Shown here piece by piece: positions 15,101-27,839 of a stretch of DNA of 64,000 nt. Made by a program: the position numbers and the translations under genes. The number at the start of each line of letters is the position of its first letter. Position 1 is the stretch's first letter. The notes under the pieces are model-generated. The model saw only the letters and a program-made list of their open reading frames with translations. It had not been told where the DNA came from and searched no databases. Source of the stretch: Trichoplax adhaerens (lineage: Eukaryota > Animalia > Placozoa); assembly GCF_000150275.1 (NCBI RefSeq), contig NW_002060961.1, positions 787,128-851,127 on the forward strand, written 5' to 3'.

Positions 15101-16788
15101 CTACTCTACCATCAAGGACAGGAAGTATGACACCTGGAAGACAGCAAGGTAGAGTATAAGAGTTAAACAGATCGAATGAAAGTAAGAGAATGAGATTAGT
15201 AAAGCCAATGCATCAATTTACGTTATTATTTCTTTCTAATAGACGATCTTCCCAAAATCGCCGCTGGATCGGCAGCTGGAGGAGTTATACTGATATGTTT
15301 GGTTTGCATAATCATCTACTACATATATAAGAGGTAATTGGGTAACAGATTTATTAAACAATCATCAATAATGCCACCTTAGAAGCACGTGCTTCTGTTA
15401 TTCCTATGATACGTGTGTTACTGTAATTTGAACTGTTAAAAGAAAAAATATTAATGAAGAATATTACTATTTGATGATGAATATTATAATATTAAAGAAA
15501 GTGATTATTTTACTGATCGAATTTAAAATATAATAGGAGGAATCTTCAAAAAAGACAAGAGACTCGCAATCCGGAAGAAGGCCACGTTAGTAGCGATACT
15601 GAGCTAGGAGGTGGTGGGCATTTAACTGTTTCGACCGGTTCATCGGCTGGACTAACTCATAATGCTAACAAGAAACCATTGCATGACAGTATAGATTCAG
15701 GGTTCACCACGACATCTGTCGATGGTAGCATTTCATCTCGCAGTAATGTCAGATTGATGAACGGCAATCATAATTATCACCACGGCGACAAGGCTGCAAG
15801 GTCACAAAACGCACACAACCATAAGAATGGGTCAAACAGTAATAGTGAGCCTAAGGGAAATGCCGATAGAAAAAAAGGAAACCGCAATCTAACCGTAGAC
15901 GTTGAAAACTACACTTTGAGAAGGGGAAAGTATAATCCAACATCCGATGATGAAAATGATCGTGTTAGTGAAGCAAGGCCGTCTAGTAGCGGTAATGGCC
16001 ATGCTGAGACTCAAAACGGTATGCGTAATGCAGATATTAATAGCGGTTATAATGAGAGAACGAAAGGAAAGCGCAGTCCTACATCAGACGATAAAAGTAA
16101 GCATATTGGAAGACCTGCGAGAGGAGAGCGTCGCTATATTGCAGATGATAGTAACCCGCGTAACAATCGAAGTAAAGGAAGGCACAATCGTAACTTGGAT
16201 GATGACTACGATTATGACGATAATCGACGAGGAAATGGCAAGTTTTTATCGGATGATGAAGGTAATCGCATCAATAGAGCAAGAGGAAAGTATAATCCCA
16301 ACTTGGATTATGGGCATATGAGTATGGATAGGATAAGGGGAAAACGTGATTCCGTTTCAGATGATGACGGTAGTTATGTTGCCAGAACAAGAGGAAACTA
16401 TAAGGAGGTATCGGACGATGACGATAGTCGTTATATTGATAGAAAAAATTGTAAACATAATCCTCCATCAACCCAAACCCATGATCGTTTAATCAGAGCG
16501 AGAGCAAAGAAGAATGCAACATTTGCCGATGATGATAATGATAGTCATGAAGCAATTCCAAATTACTCACATTTGGCATCACAAGGTCGTCATAATATGA
16601 ATACAAGTAGGACAAGCCTAACCGCTAGCCATGACAGACTAAGTCAAACATCAAATGATACTGAAATGAAAAAATTAACTCTTCTACGAGTAGATAAGCA
16701 TAATCGCCAGCATAACCATTCAAGGAGTAAAACAAATTTAACAGCTAGTCGTGACAGGTTAAGTGAAAATTCAGATACTGTGGTCTAA
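3121..16788 (+). CDS. Leucine-rich-repeat type I membrane protein, about 874 aa: signal peptide, LRRNT, about 9 LRRs, LRRCT, Ser/Thr/Pro stalk, TM helix, long cytoplasmic tail ending SDTVV
   Basis: 14 phase-consistent GT-AG exons: 3121-3296 (signal plus CLPGCTC...YDC), 12197-12268, 12584-12655, 12838-12909, 13002-13073, 13185-13256, 13433-13504, 13825-13899, 14007-14078, 14218-14289 (72 nt each, one 75 nt, all phase 2, LxxNxIxxLPxxxFxxL pattern), 14422-14600 (NNPFYCDCNLIWL...C...C, LRRCT), 14873-15148 (mucin-like), 15243-15333 (IAAGSAAGGVILICLVCIIIYYIY-KR), 15537-16788. Total 2625 nt, open to the stop. Confidence 0.92.
9667..9692. repeat. Perfect 26-bp palindrome in LRR gene intron 1
   Basis: actgactggaaat|atttccagtcagt. 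Confidence 0.9.
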
Positions 16789-16877
16789 AATGCCATTATA
16801 ATATAATTCTGTGAATTATACCCATTTATAATTATAGAAGCAATCAATAAATAATTCTAATATTACTAATGAACATC

Positions 16878-16955
16878 ATTATTAATAATAATAATAAATA
16901 ATAATAATAATAATAATTATAATAAGAATATTAATAATATTATTATAATAATATT
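16878..16955. repeat. Imperfect (AAT)n microsatellite in the LRR gene 3' region
   Basis: Run of taataataat units just after the stop codon. Confidence 0.85.
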
Positions 16956-19900
16956 GCAACTAATTGTAAATGGTCGATAAGGAAGTAAAAGTAGTAACGC
17001 TACTACATCGCTAAATCTTTACATATTCTAACGCGAATAGTAACACGGTTAACACGCGTTCAGTGTATATTAGATATAATTTGCAGTTGATATGGTTTTT
17101 TCAAATAATACACTAGAAAAAGGATTATTGTTACTCACCTAGTGCCGGTCATTTTATGGTAGATTGGATATTTCTTGAAAAAAAGGATTACCAGTAAAAA
17201 CATTTATGTAGACGTAGATTGATAATGTTAATGATGATAATGATTAGTATTTATCAAGATGCGTTGAACCAACTTCTTGCTACTATTTCATGATATCCAA
17301 ATGATTACTTCAAAGGAAAACTTAATCATCGTACCAATTGACCGCCTACAATTAAATTTAATAATTGATTAACTACGCCAACTTTATTAATCGCTATGTA
17401 AAATAATTTTGGATATGTTATAAATTTTAAAACAATAATTACTAGTCACTGATAACGTCTAGATTTTTTTACTTGCTGTAATCCGTTGCGTTACTATTGC
17501 TCATTTATTACTTAATTCTATCCATTCAGTCATTAATAATATTTTCCAAAGATAAAATCTACCATTTCATATTTTTACTTATTTTTTTATTCTTTCGATT
17601 TATATCTACTGGTTAATTTTTTATGCTTTTCTCTGTACTATATATCAAAATACGCTTTTATTGGGGTTTTAAATTAATCAATTTTAATTGAAGTTGGTAT
17701 TCGGATTCATAAACTGCTGGCTCTGAAATTACCTTATAAATTCTATTATAGTATAATTAACTATATTTGCATTTCATCGATATTGTATTCATCGATGTAT
17801 TGAAAAGCGTAGTTGTTATCATGTAACAAGCAGTACGACTGGTATTTGAGGCAATGCCAAGGAATGTTTGTCACTGTCATGACGGCTAGCTGGTTGCTGA
17901 ACTTGAATTATAATTGGAAATTTAAATTGGGCGAATTAACAAAGAAAAAAATTATCAATCTTACCTTCAACAGCATACATAATTGCAAGCTTTCATAAGA
18001 TTATTACGATTCAAGAAGAGTACCGCAAGAACCAGATGATATCGTGTTTAAGAGTACTTTTAGATGGTCTCATTAAATGCTTAATTGACTAATTGCTAAT
18101 AATTAGCATTCGTCAAATTTGTCTTTGAAAGTGTGTTGATAACCAAAGAGCAAGAGTGAAAAAACGGCGATTATACTATTATATGAATTCACTGGTCTCC
18201 AACTGAAGCCTTACATTGCAACTTCAGCAAATCCAGTAACCGAAAATGCTGTGATCATTACAATTGTCGATGAATAGCAATTCCTTGATTTTAAACCTTT
18301 CGAACGTAATTGATTTTTCTACGATTAATGCTCATATGGAATCAACGGTTGATCAATATAAGGTATATGTAAACATAATGATAAAAAAAACAAACTGTCC
18401 TACAGCTAAATAAATAGCGTTTATTTGAGTACTATTAGCAATCCTTATAATAAAGATACGACCATTTAATTGAATGGTTCTGTCAGTTTCAATTACTGTA
18501 ATGTATATATCTATACATATTTTTAACTATACGTATGTGCCAGATAATAAACCAGGGCTGTAATTATTTTATATCGTTATCAATATTCAATAAATATTTA
18601 ACATTTAATTAGATTTGGTGTCATTAACTTGACGAAAAGAAATATTTTTACAGTAACAAGTCTTCAGACTTAACAGTGATATTACCGTAATATTTCTATA
18701 TCAATAATGAAAGTTATTAACAATAGTAATATTAATTAATGAATAAAACTCTAACTTGTAATTGAAATATTACTCAACCCATCATTGCTACTGTTTCTAT
18801 ATACTGTTACAGCTACTACTATAACTATGCTAAGATTGCAAGATAATGAAATTGTGACTTGTTGTATAATTTCTTCAACAGAAGAACTGGATTTGTATAT
18901 TCATGTTCAGATAAAATACAACAAATAATTTTTTTCATAAAAGTATGATAATATCTAGGTATATATACAGTAGGCTAATCAATAAATAACTGCTTACGAA
19001 ACTAAGAGTAAAATTTGATGTGGGTGGAAACTTCTCATTTAATTGCAAACGCAAATGCAAAGGGTTGATTTCGATCAATCGTCTATCTTTCTTCTTATGT
19101 GTATATAAATATATATATACTCGCATGTAATATCAATCTATCATCTATGAATGACATTGATTTCAATCTAATATTAATTTTAGTATCTTTTTCAACATAC
19201 TTGCCATTCTTTGTTACCACTGTTGTTACTAACTTTCTCACCAATACATTCAATGTTCAATATATTATTGTATGGTTTGCTTTACGATCAAAATGTCATG
19301 ATGGGGTTTTTACAATTACTTATTGAAACTCTTCATGTCTACTTTTGATACCAATAGATATCATCGCTGTTATTATCACTTTCATATTTAAGAATGATTT
19401 TCCTTTTCTTAATTTGCATAACATTTTCATGGTCAAATTAATTCTATAATTGTTCTCTTTAAGTAGCATTTACTCGTATACATGCAATGAGTTGATATTA
19501 AATCTAATAAAAATCATAATGACTGTTGTAAATGTAGCCTTTGATGAATCTATGTGTATGTAACTTGACTTCGAGGTACTCTGATGAAGACTCAGCGATG
19601 GAGTAATACTTGTGTAATCTTTACAAATTGCGTTTATTAACTTCTATCCAAATAGAATTAGAATTACTCTTAGCAATGTAAGAGGTTATATACCACTGAT
19701 GTTCTCCACAATCGATATCTTAAGAACTTAGCTACTTAGAGAGTATCTCTTGACACTAGCATCCTTGAATGACTGATTGCACGATATACACACTTATAAG
19801 TATGATGTCTTTCGGCTACTGATTGGTTACAGATAAGTCAGATAACCTGACCGGATATAGTTCTCATATGATAACAAGTACCAATGCAGTTATCCTATCT

Positions 19901-22900
19901 TATGTTGTACAGCAGGATGATATCCTTGCATGTTCGTAAAGGTACTAAGTTAGAGTATACAAACTATACTATAAATAATGCCAAATTACAACAATGATAC
20001 AAAGATTATACTGCTATTTCGCGTAGGAAATTAGCTTATTGGTTGAATACAATTCTTTTATTATACTTATCATATAGAATTTCACGATTTAGTAGCGACG
20101 AAGTATGATAGAGCGAGCATAGAACTACGCTATGGTATATACAGTATCATCTAGCTTCAAAATTAGAGTACTTTTAATTTACTTTTTTGCTTGTTTTAAA
20201 TAATTGAAATCGATTGCAAGCTTCGAATAAGATTATTCATCAGAGGGCTACTATAAATAAATCGAGAATAATTATTACTGTCCTATGTATAGTGCTACCT
20301 TTTTTAATTTGGCTCTTAGAAATAACGTAAAATAATCATACTATTCCTCGCTATGCATAATTAATTTAATACAATTTCTAATTTTTAGTTAAAGTAAATA
20401 AAAATTGCGATATTTGGAAGGATCTTAAGTTCTGCTAACGTGGGGATCGGCTTTCTTTCGAGTCAAAGAAGTGCGAGTTATCGTTATATGATAGCATAAC
20501 GAAGCTAAGACATGCCGTAGATCCGTTCAATTAATTATCTTATAATCATTTCATTCTTTTTTATTAAAGGAATAGAATACAATAGGGCAAGCATTCAACT
20601 TTACTTTCTGTTAGGAAAGACGTAGCTTGCGGCGGATTCAATGAATCAGCCTTTATTTGCGAACGCAGCATTAATTTTTTTACTTATCAGCGGGCTAATT
20701 ATTCACATGTTGTTTCTTTTCATATACACAGGATATGACGTCTTTATCAGTTTAAGGGAAGCTTTTGCACCTCCTTAGCGACGCTAATTGCTGATGGCTT
20801 GCTGTTAATTTTCAAAGACGACTGCTTTTTAAGTAAACAAGTTTCTATCTTGGCGGTCGGGTTTATCCACTAGTGATCAAATAGCAACGGTGCTAAACTA
20901 TGAATAAGAGAAGAGCACTTGGAGTAAACGGATACGCCTTTAAAATATAAATGTTGTGAAATAAGATTTGATTAATTATTAATAATTAAAGCTATAAACC
21001 TAGAGGAGTATAACAAATTTTATATTCTATTTTGCGATTACTGAATTAGTCTATTACTGTATATTCAGGAGTTTAAGTGATAGAGAAAAATTGAGGAAAT
21101 AAAGCTCTTTGGTGGTAAAACATTATAAAGTCGAAGGAATTCTGTTATTTTTCCATATGCCTCGTAATAGTTTACCAGATTCCTGACTATCATAAACTTC
21201 CTTTATTACTTCATTGTGGGCTATATGTAACTTAAAATGCTTTTAACATTGAAAAATTGATCCAAATGCTAGAGGTACGATGTATGTAATATAAAAATGA
21301 AGCAGTAAATTATGAAGATAGACTAGTAGTCACTTTAAGTGCTAAAGGTAGTTTACAATTGCAACCCGACTGGTTTCCTTATTATGCATGCTGTAAAAAA
21401 GTTGACAATATTTTTGGCTGATCCCACCCACCCGCATTGGAGATTCATGGAAAATGTAGGCAGCAAAACACTTGATGTCGAAAACAACGAAGAAACACTG
21501 CTCAGCTTGGAATAAAGGGAAAACCTGGCGTAACTCCACCTTTAAAATACTTGAAATACATCTTCCGATATGAATATGGTCATGTCAAAAATTTTCAGTG
21601 AAGTGCCGTGATACTTCATACAGTATCATGCCTATGCGTTATCCAAGACTATCAGTTGTAATTAAATCAAAATTATAATTGCTACCAGAGTAGTGATGAA
21701 TTCTGTCGTATACGAGTATATTACAGTCTTATTATTACCATGAGCCAGATCCGTTAGGGTAAGGAGTATTTTTGCTAGTGCGTCTAAAACTCCTTCGTAG
21801 TTTAATGTTCTGAAACCAACGCACGGTGTGATTTATGTATAAAGTTACTTGCATCAGTACTACTTTGGGCTTCTTACGAGTTTAAGATTAGCTTTTAAAA
21901 ATGTCGTATAATGAATGGTATGGTCCTACTTTGCGAATGAACATTGGAGCTAATTTACAAATTTTATACTAGCATGCTGTTGAAAATGATATATCCTCGA
22001 TTAACAAGGGAATCGAAGTAATATCTTGAGGCAATAAAGGATTTAGTAAGATATTATTGATGGAATGGAAAAGAGCCGGAAGGAGAGAAAAGGGCTAAAA
22101 TAAGATTCTTATATGAATGCTTTTGGAAAGTTCATGTATTTATGACGATAAACTGACATAGTATTCAATATATATAGTAAATAGAAAGACTATACATAAT
22201 GATAAGAGCATACAATAGAACTTGTTATTCATATCATCTCCTCAATAAACTATGCTTGCTATCTTGCTAACTCGATGAAATTTATCCATGGTAAAATAGT
22301 AGTGATAGCGCCTTTAAGCGTAATAGATAGACGTGCTACAATTTTATAAGTAACGTTTGTAGACTGCATCACTGCAGCCTGGCAAATGTCTAGTTTTTGT
22401 TTTTTGTCGCGAATATTTTCATCCAGATTGCAGCCATATGTTGATGCAAATGTCGTAAGAAGCATTTTCAGATAATTATGTCTTAGCATGCTATCGTCAA
22501 CTTTGTGCAGTATAAATCGAACTTTACAAGCTTCTGAGGAGGAATGTTTCTAGACATTAGGTGAAATGATAGATGCTTAGAAAATAATCTATCATTTGAC
22601 TGAATTCTCTATATTGGAATAGGTTAGTTTCCTTATAGAGAATGTCTCCGAAGTTAGTCGGAGATTAAGTCGAATGGATAGACTAGTTTAAGTCCGATCA
22701 CCAAAGATATATTGTGATGGGGCGTTATTTGCTATTATTGCACTGCTTGTGTTTTTCTAGTTATTAGTTCAATGCCTTAACTGTAGAATCCAGCAAAATT
22801 CTAGAAAATAGTCGATAGATATGTGTTATGTGTGATCGTACTACTGTGTATAATAGTAATGAATATACATATATATAGGGTGAGTTAGGTTACTAATAAA

Positions 22901-23827
22901 ATTTAAAATTATAAAACTATTCATTATAGGGAGAAGGGCAAGTGAACTGATTAGGGACTTAACTGTAAGAGAGCAGGAAGGTCAGATCGTGATTCTATTG
23001 TAATTAGCCTTATGTTACATGCTTTAAAGTATGAAGTTGTAACTCTTTGGATCTAAGATTATACAAATACTGACACAGCTGTTTAATGTTCAATTGCAAG
23101 TATGCACTCTGGTAGTTGGCCGCGACTAAAGTGAAAGATAGATAAGCTGGTAACTTTTCACAATTAAGAGAGTTTTGGAGAAGACTCCCGTGTCGGTCTT
23201 TTACTGATGTTGCACTGTTTGTTACTCAAGTTGAAGTAGCAGTACAGTTTGCCTTTGTTGCATTGCAAGTTCTATAGTCTATAGATATTACGTTTCTAAC
23301 TTCATAGCAACAGGAAAATATTAACGCTAAGTAGATATGATTATGTCGAGTGCGATATACAAGGCTAAAAATGAAATGGAATAGGTTGATTGAAGATTTC
23401 TTTTGATTCGCTGTATGCTTCCAATGCAATATCTAGTAAAGAATATGAGCTATTTGAAATATCTTAGCTAGATAGTAGATTTTGCTACTAGCACATGAAT
23501 GCCATATCTTGTTATACTGTTGACATGTTCATATCCTTAAAAATATCTGTAGATATTGTTGAGTACATTGGTGTTGAATAGTTTTGGAAAGTAGTCATAA
23601 GCGATTTTAACAAAACTAAAAAATTTTTATTACCGTCAACATTTTACGGTGCTAGAATACAAGCAGAGAGACAAGTAGAAAAGACAAGCAGACAGAACTA
23701 CGTAATAAAAAGTATAACAACTTGTTTCTAAGATTTGCTCATAAGCCAATCATTGCTTTAGTAGACAAATAATCGGGAAAGGTTCTTTTTCACTGGTTAC
23801 AGGTCCACGCAATGACAGTTTCCAAAG

Positions 23828-25589
23828 TTATAATTTAAGAAAGCCATTTAAATTCTCGCCTTCAGCGGCCTCCATAAATTCTGTATAGCCCTAAGAAAAG
23901 TAACAATGATGCAATGAGTACGAATCACTCTAAACTGAAGTTATATTATCATGAATTCTATCAGTAAGATTGATCTAAACTAATTAAACGAGCGATATTT
24001 TAGTAGTATGCTTCTCCTTCGCACATTATAGTCTGTTACTCTAAACTACTGCAGAGATAAAAGGCCCACTCAATTATAGTTATACCATTTGTAAAATAGA
24101 GTATCATTCTACTTGGACATCATCACTATTTTTATAGTGTAGAGATACTCGTACAATTGAGATGAGCATTTATTTAATTCTAGTTCACTTTCTTACCCCA
24201 CAGTAGGCGCTATCATTGAAAAGTTGAGGGGGTAGCGCTTTAGGGTCGCCGCTCAGGTCTCGCATTTTTTTCTTCATCTCTTCACTGGTTGCAACATCAA
24301 CTCTTTCATACTGGATCTTTTTAGAATCTAGTATCATTTCAATTTGCTGCTGTGCCTTTTTGACCTAATAGGGTTAGATATTGTTGCATAAAGATCAGAT
24401 TTTTGAGCAATTCAGCCTTCCAAATTCAAGGAGAAAAAGGATAGAAAGTCTCAAATTTCAATACTTGTTTATTACCATCAATGATGATCAATTCTTCTCG
24501 TATACAGTATTAACACTAACTTGTCCAGTAAACTAGGACTCGATCACAACTGCCCAATCATAGCGAATGCTATAAAGATACCGTTTAATCCAAGTGTAAA
24601 AACTAAATACTTAACACGAGAGTTCTGCATGCATTATGCATCTAGTCGGTATACAGTATGAGGATTATGCATCCAGGGCATTTAACTCGATTATGGTTAG
24701 CCAATAATTAGTCAGTATCCATTTCGCTCGTTGAAAGTAATTGACACTACCGTGCTCTGTCCTATAACTTCAAAAGATTGTTATTTGGCAGCAAGCATTG
24801 TCGATATTCTTCTAGGAATACGTACTGTATGCTTATACTGTCCTTTCATCTTGAATACTATGGTCCTAAGTTGTACTTCGTTGTGAGATTGTAATATCAA
24901 TTCAGATTTGTCGACAAATAGACAGTGATGTTAGACTGCTAGACTGAAAGGTGAGTCAAATCTGTTGTGGTTAGTCCGATGCACTATCGAAAGTGAACCA
25001 TAGGCCATGGAAAAGAAATGCTGTCCACTCGTTTAATGTAACAAGTTTTTGGGGGGGACTATTCTTCTTACCGATAGCATAAGGGAAGTGAGATCCACTA
25101 TCAGACTCTTTCAAATACAGCTAGCGTATACGCCATTGTAGAGAAAGTTTATTGATGAGCTTAGTAGTTCATCCCAAAATAGTCCTGTCGTTGGACTATC
25201 TGATAGTTCATTATCAAAATGATCTAAATTAAGGGCAATCAGCCGATCTCGTTGTACACCAACAACAAATGATATTATTGCATTTGCAGTTCTCTTCAAC
25301 TGATTGATGCTAACACTATCGTAGCAAGTAAGTGATCTATATCATTCCTAATTCTAATTGTCATCGGGTGAAAAAGAAAAGAGATGGAGTGGAGACCAGG
25401 CCCCATTTTAGAAGCTGGACATGGAAAAGGGCTTATCCATCGATCATTGATGAATTAGAATCTAGCCCAATGGATAGATTATGACCATACACTCAATCAA
25501 CATATACAATCAGCTAGCTAAAGCTGGTAATAGCTCATCCTTACCTGCAAATTACCGGAAACAGATGACCAGTAGTAAGTAACCGTCAT
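23828..25589 (-). CDS. SH3BGRL: SH3-domain-binding glutamic acid-rich-like protein (thioredoxin/glutaredoxin fold), 91 aa
   Basis: Exons 25589-25545 (MTVTYYWSSVSGNLQ), 24364-24197 (VKKAQQQIEMILDSKKIQYERVDVATSEEMKKKMRDLSGDPKALPPQLFNDSAYCG), 23890-23828 (GYTEFMEAAEGENLNGFLKL*). All phase 0, GT-AG. LPPQLFN..YCG and terminal FLKL are SH3BGR family signatures. Confidence 0.93.
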
Positions 25590-25959
25590 TTTGGATCTTC
25601 TATGCCGCAGTTTACCTCTTGGAGAATCAACACCAAATAAACTTTACCGGCTGCCCAACTGCATATCTAGTAGGGCAATAGTTTGCTTTTTCCTGGCCCA
25701 AGTTGCAGAGGATAAACAATCCATTTTGCATAGTGAATGACTAGCCGAAATGATACGTATCAGCAACACCCTTTCAACTTGAAGCTGTATTTGCTTTACT
25801 GTCCGAAACACCACTGTGACTAGACTCACCAACGGGACTACGCCCTTGGTCTTGTGACTCCAGCTCCCCAGGGACTGAATTGCGGACATGCGCTGTGCGT
25901 CCGGACCTTGATCATGTCTTGCGCGATCATTCTCCAATCGATTTTCCTTTATCAACAAC

Positions 25960-26128
25960 GGACCTCCAAATGATTCCTAGACTGGAGTTTTTAGTCAATC
26001 AATATGCATAATCTTTCTGAATAAGTATGCAGGTGTTAAGAGATTAAGGGACCTCCAAATGGTTCCTAGACTGGAGTTTTTAGTCAATCAATATGCACAA
26101 TCTTTCTGACTAAGCATGCAGGTGTTAG
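25960..26128. repeat. Two-copy 89-bp direct repeat upstream of SH3BGRL
   Basis: ggacctccaaatgattcctagactggagtttttagtcaatcaatatgca... at 25960 and again at 26049 with a few substitutions. Confidence 0.9.
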
Positions 26129-27839
26129 CCAGTACTGTACTTTTTCGTACTTGATTTAATATGCTTAATGGGATGACTGATTTGTGTCATGTATAGGATT
26201 GTTTGTAAACCACCATACACTCTCCTATTTTCACTTAAAAATAAACTGCAATCTTTAAGATTAGGATTTAGATAACACAATCACAAGAACACCTTTCTAT
26301 TTTAGGATGGACGTCAGAAATTAGCTGTCTATTTGATGGATGTGATACAATGCCCGTTATAGAACGTTATTTTCATTGTTCTCTGCTTATAACGGTAATA
26401 ATATGGATAATAAAGTTTAGTTTAGTACACAAGCTCTGCTAAACTCTTCCTACTGTGTGTTATACTAAATCTTAAATAAAAGAAATCGTAACAGCAAGTA
26501 AATGTAAAAGCAGTCACTACAGGGACCTCAGAACTCTTTCTTTTAGCAGGAACTGCTGAAAAGAAAGAGAGATGGATTGTCCATGATTTTCATTGAAATA
26601 CGCAGGTTGACTATTTTGCAGATCATTTCGCTATATCGCAAGACTGGAAGCGTACATCGAATTAGTGTTGATATACTGCAGGCCGATTGAACGTCCCCGC
26701 TTTCTTTTTATAATTTGGGAAATCAGTTCAATTTAACTAAGGGAGGTTAAGGAAGGACAGGGTGCCGTATGAAACTGTCAGTCACAGTTATGATTTACTG
26801 TAGTAGGCCCCATGGGCGGTAGTCTCATTCTTTTAGTACTGTAACTGTGTACTTTAGTAGTCTCTGGTAAAATTTATTTTTAAACCATACATGTATATGA
26901 GGATTTGCAGAGTCGAAGATTGATATGGATTGTGAATTAATAATTAATTACAATATTATTTAAGGGATTATAGATTGCATTCTTGACTGAAGTATGTTTA
27001 CTGAACTGCACTCTAAATAGTGATTGCTTGCGCGCTGGAGTTCTGCGATAGTAATAATATGATTCCATATAGTTTAAACGTATCAATTGGAATTACATAG
27101 TCGCGCAGAGCCATCCTTCCAATAGTAGCCAACACCAATTCAAACATCTGCTACCTCTATGTCCTCATCTGACCAACTTTCTTGCAAGAATAGTTAGGTG
27201 CGCAGCATTTTAGCTCCTCTTTAAACAACTCCGCAGAATAAAGATAGCCTTCATTGATGAGGAGTATACCAAAGAAATACAATACTTGTAAAAATGGATG
27301 ACTAATTGCAATCTCTTGTATAAAGTGATGCTCAATTTTTTTATCCATATCACTAATATACTCGTATATCAATTGGTGCGAAAAAGAGATCTCAATAACC
27401 GTTTTGAACCATTTTAATTATCGTATACAATGATGCTTGTTGACGTTTATTGTTGCGTCGGTAATAATTTTAAAAAATGTTGCATTCTACGGACTGTCAA
27501 CAATATACATATTACCAAACTGATGAATGCAGCCATTGAAGATACCGCAATAAAAATAAAAAGAATAAAGGAAAGATATTAACAATTACGGCAAATTATC
27601 GCTGTCAACGTTCTATTGCAAAAAGTCAGTCTAGAACTAGAAAAGTAATCTCATAAGAAGTCATATAATGCATTTTACTCGATAGTGCAATAGTAGAATA
27701 TTAACTAAGAGTTCTCATTGATCATTCTACTAATAACGTAGTAAAATGACTGCTTGCGAAATGCAAACTTTACACTTGAACATTCAACATCCTTAGGCAT
27801 GATAAAAATTTGATAGATATAAAAAATGCAGAACAACGT

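Noticed and set aside
15947-16471. Alternative-frame ORFs 15947-16321(+) and 16271-16471(-)
   Set aside because: Shadows of the LRR receptor's last exon
15900-16500. GK/GR/KR sites in the receptor tail as neuropeptide-precursor cleavage sites
   Set aside because: The segment lies after the TM helix and is cytoplasmic, so it is not exposed to secretory convertases
27157-27420. Open frame of about 85 codons downstream of APEX1
   Set aside because: No recognisable homology or splice context
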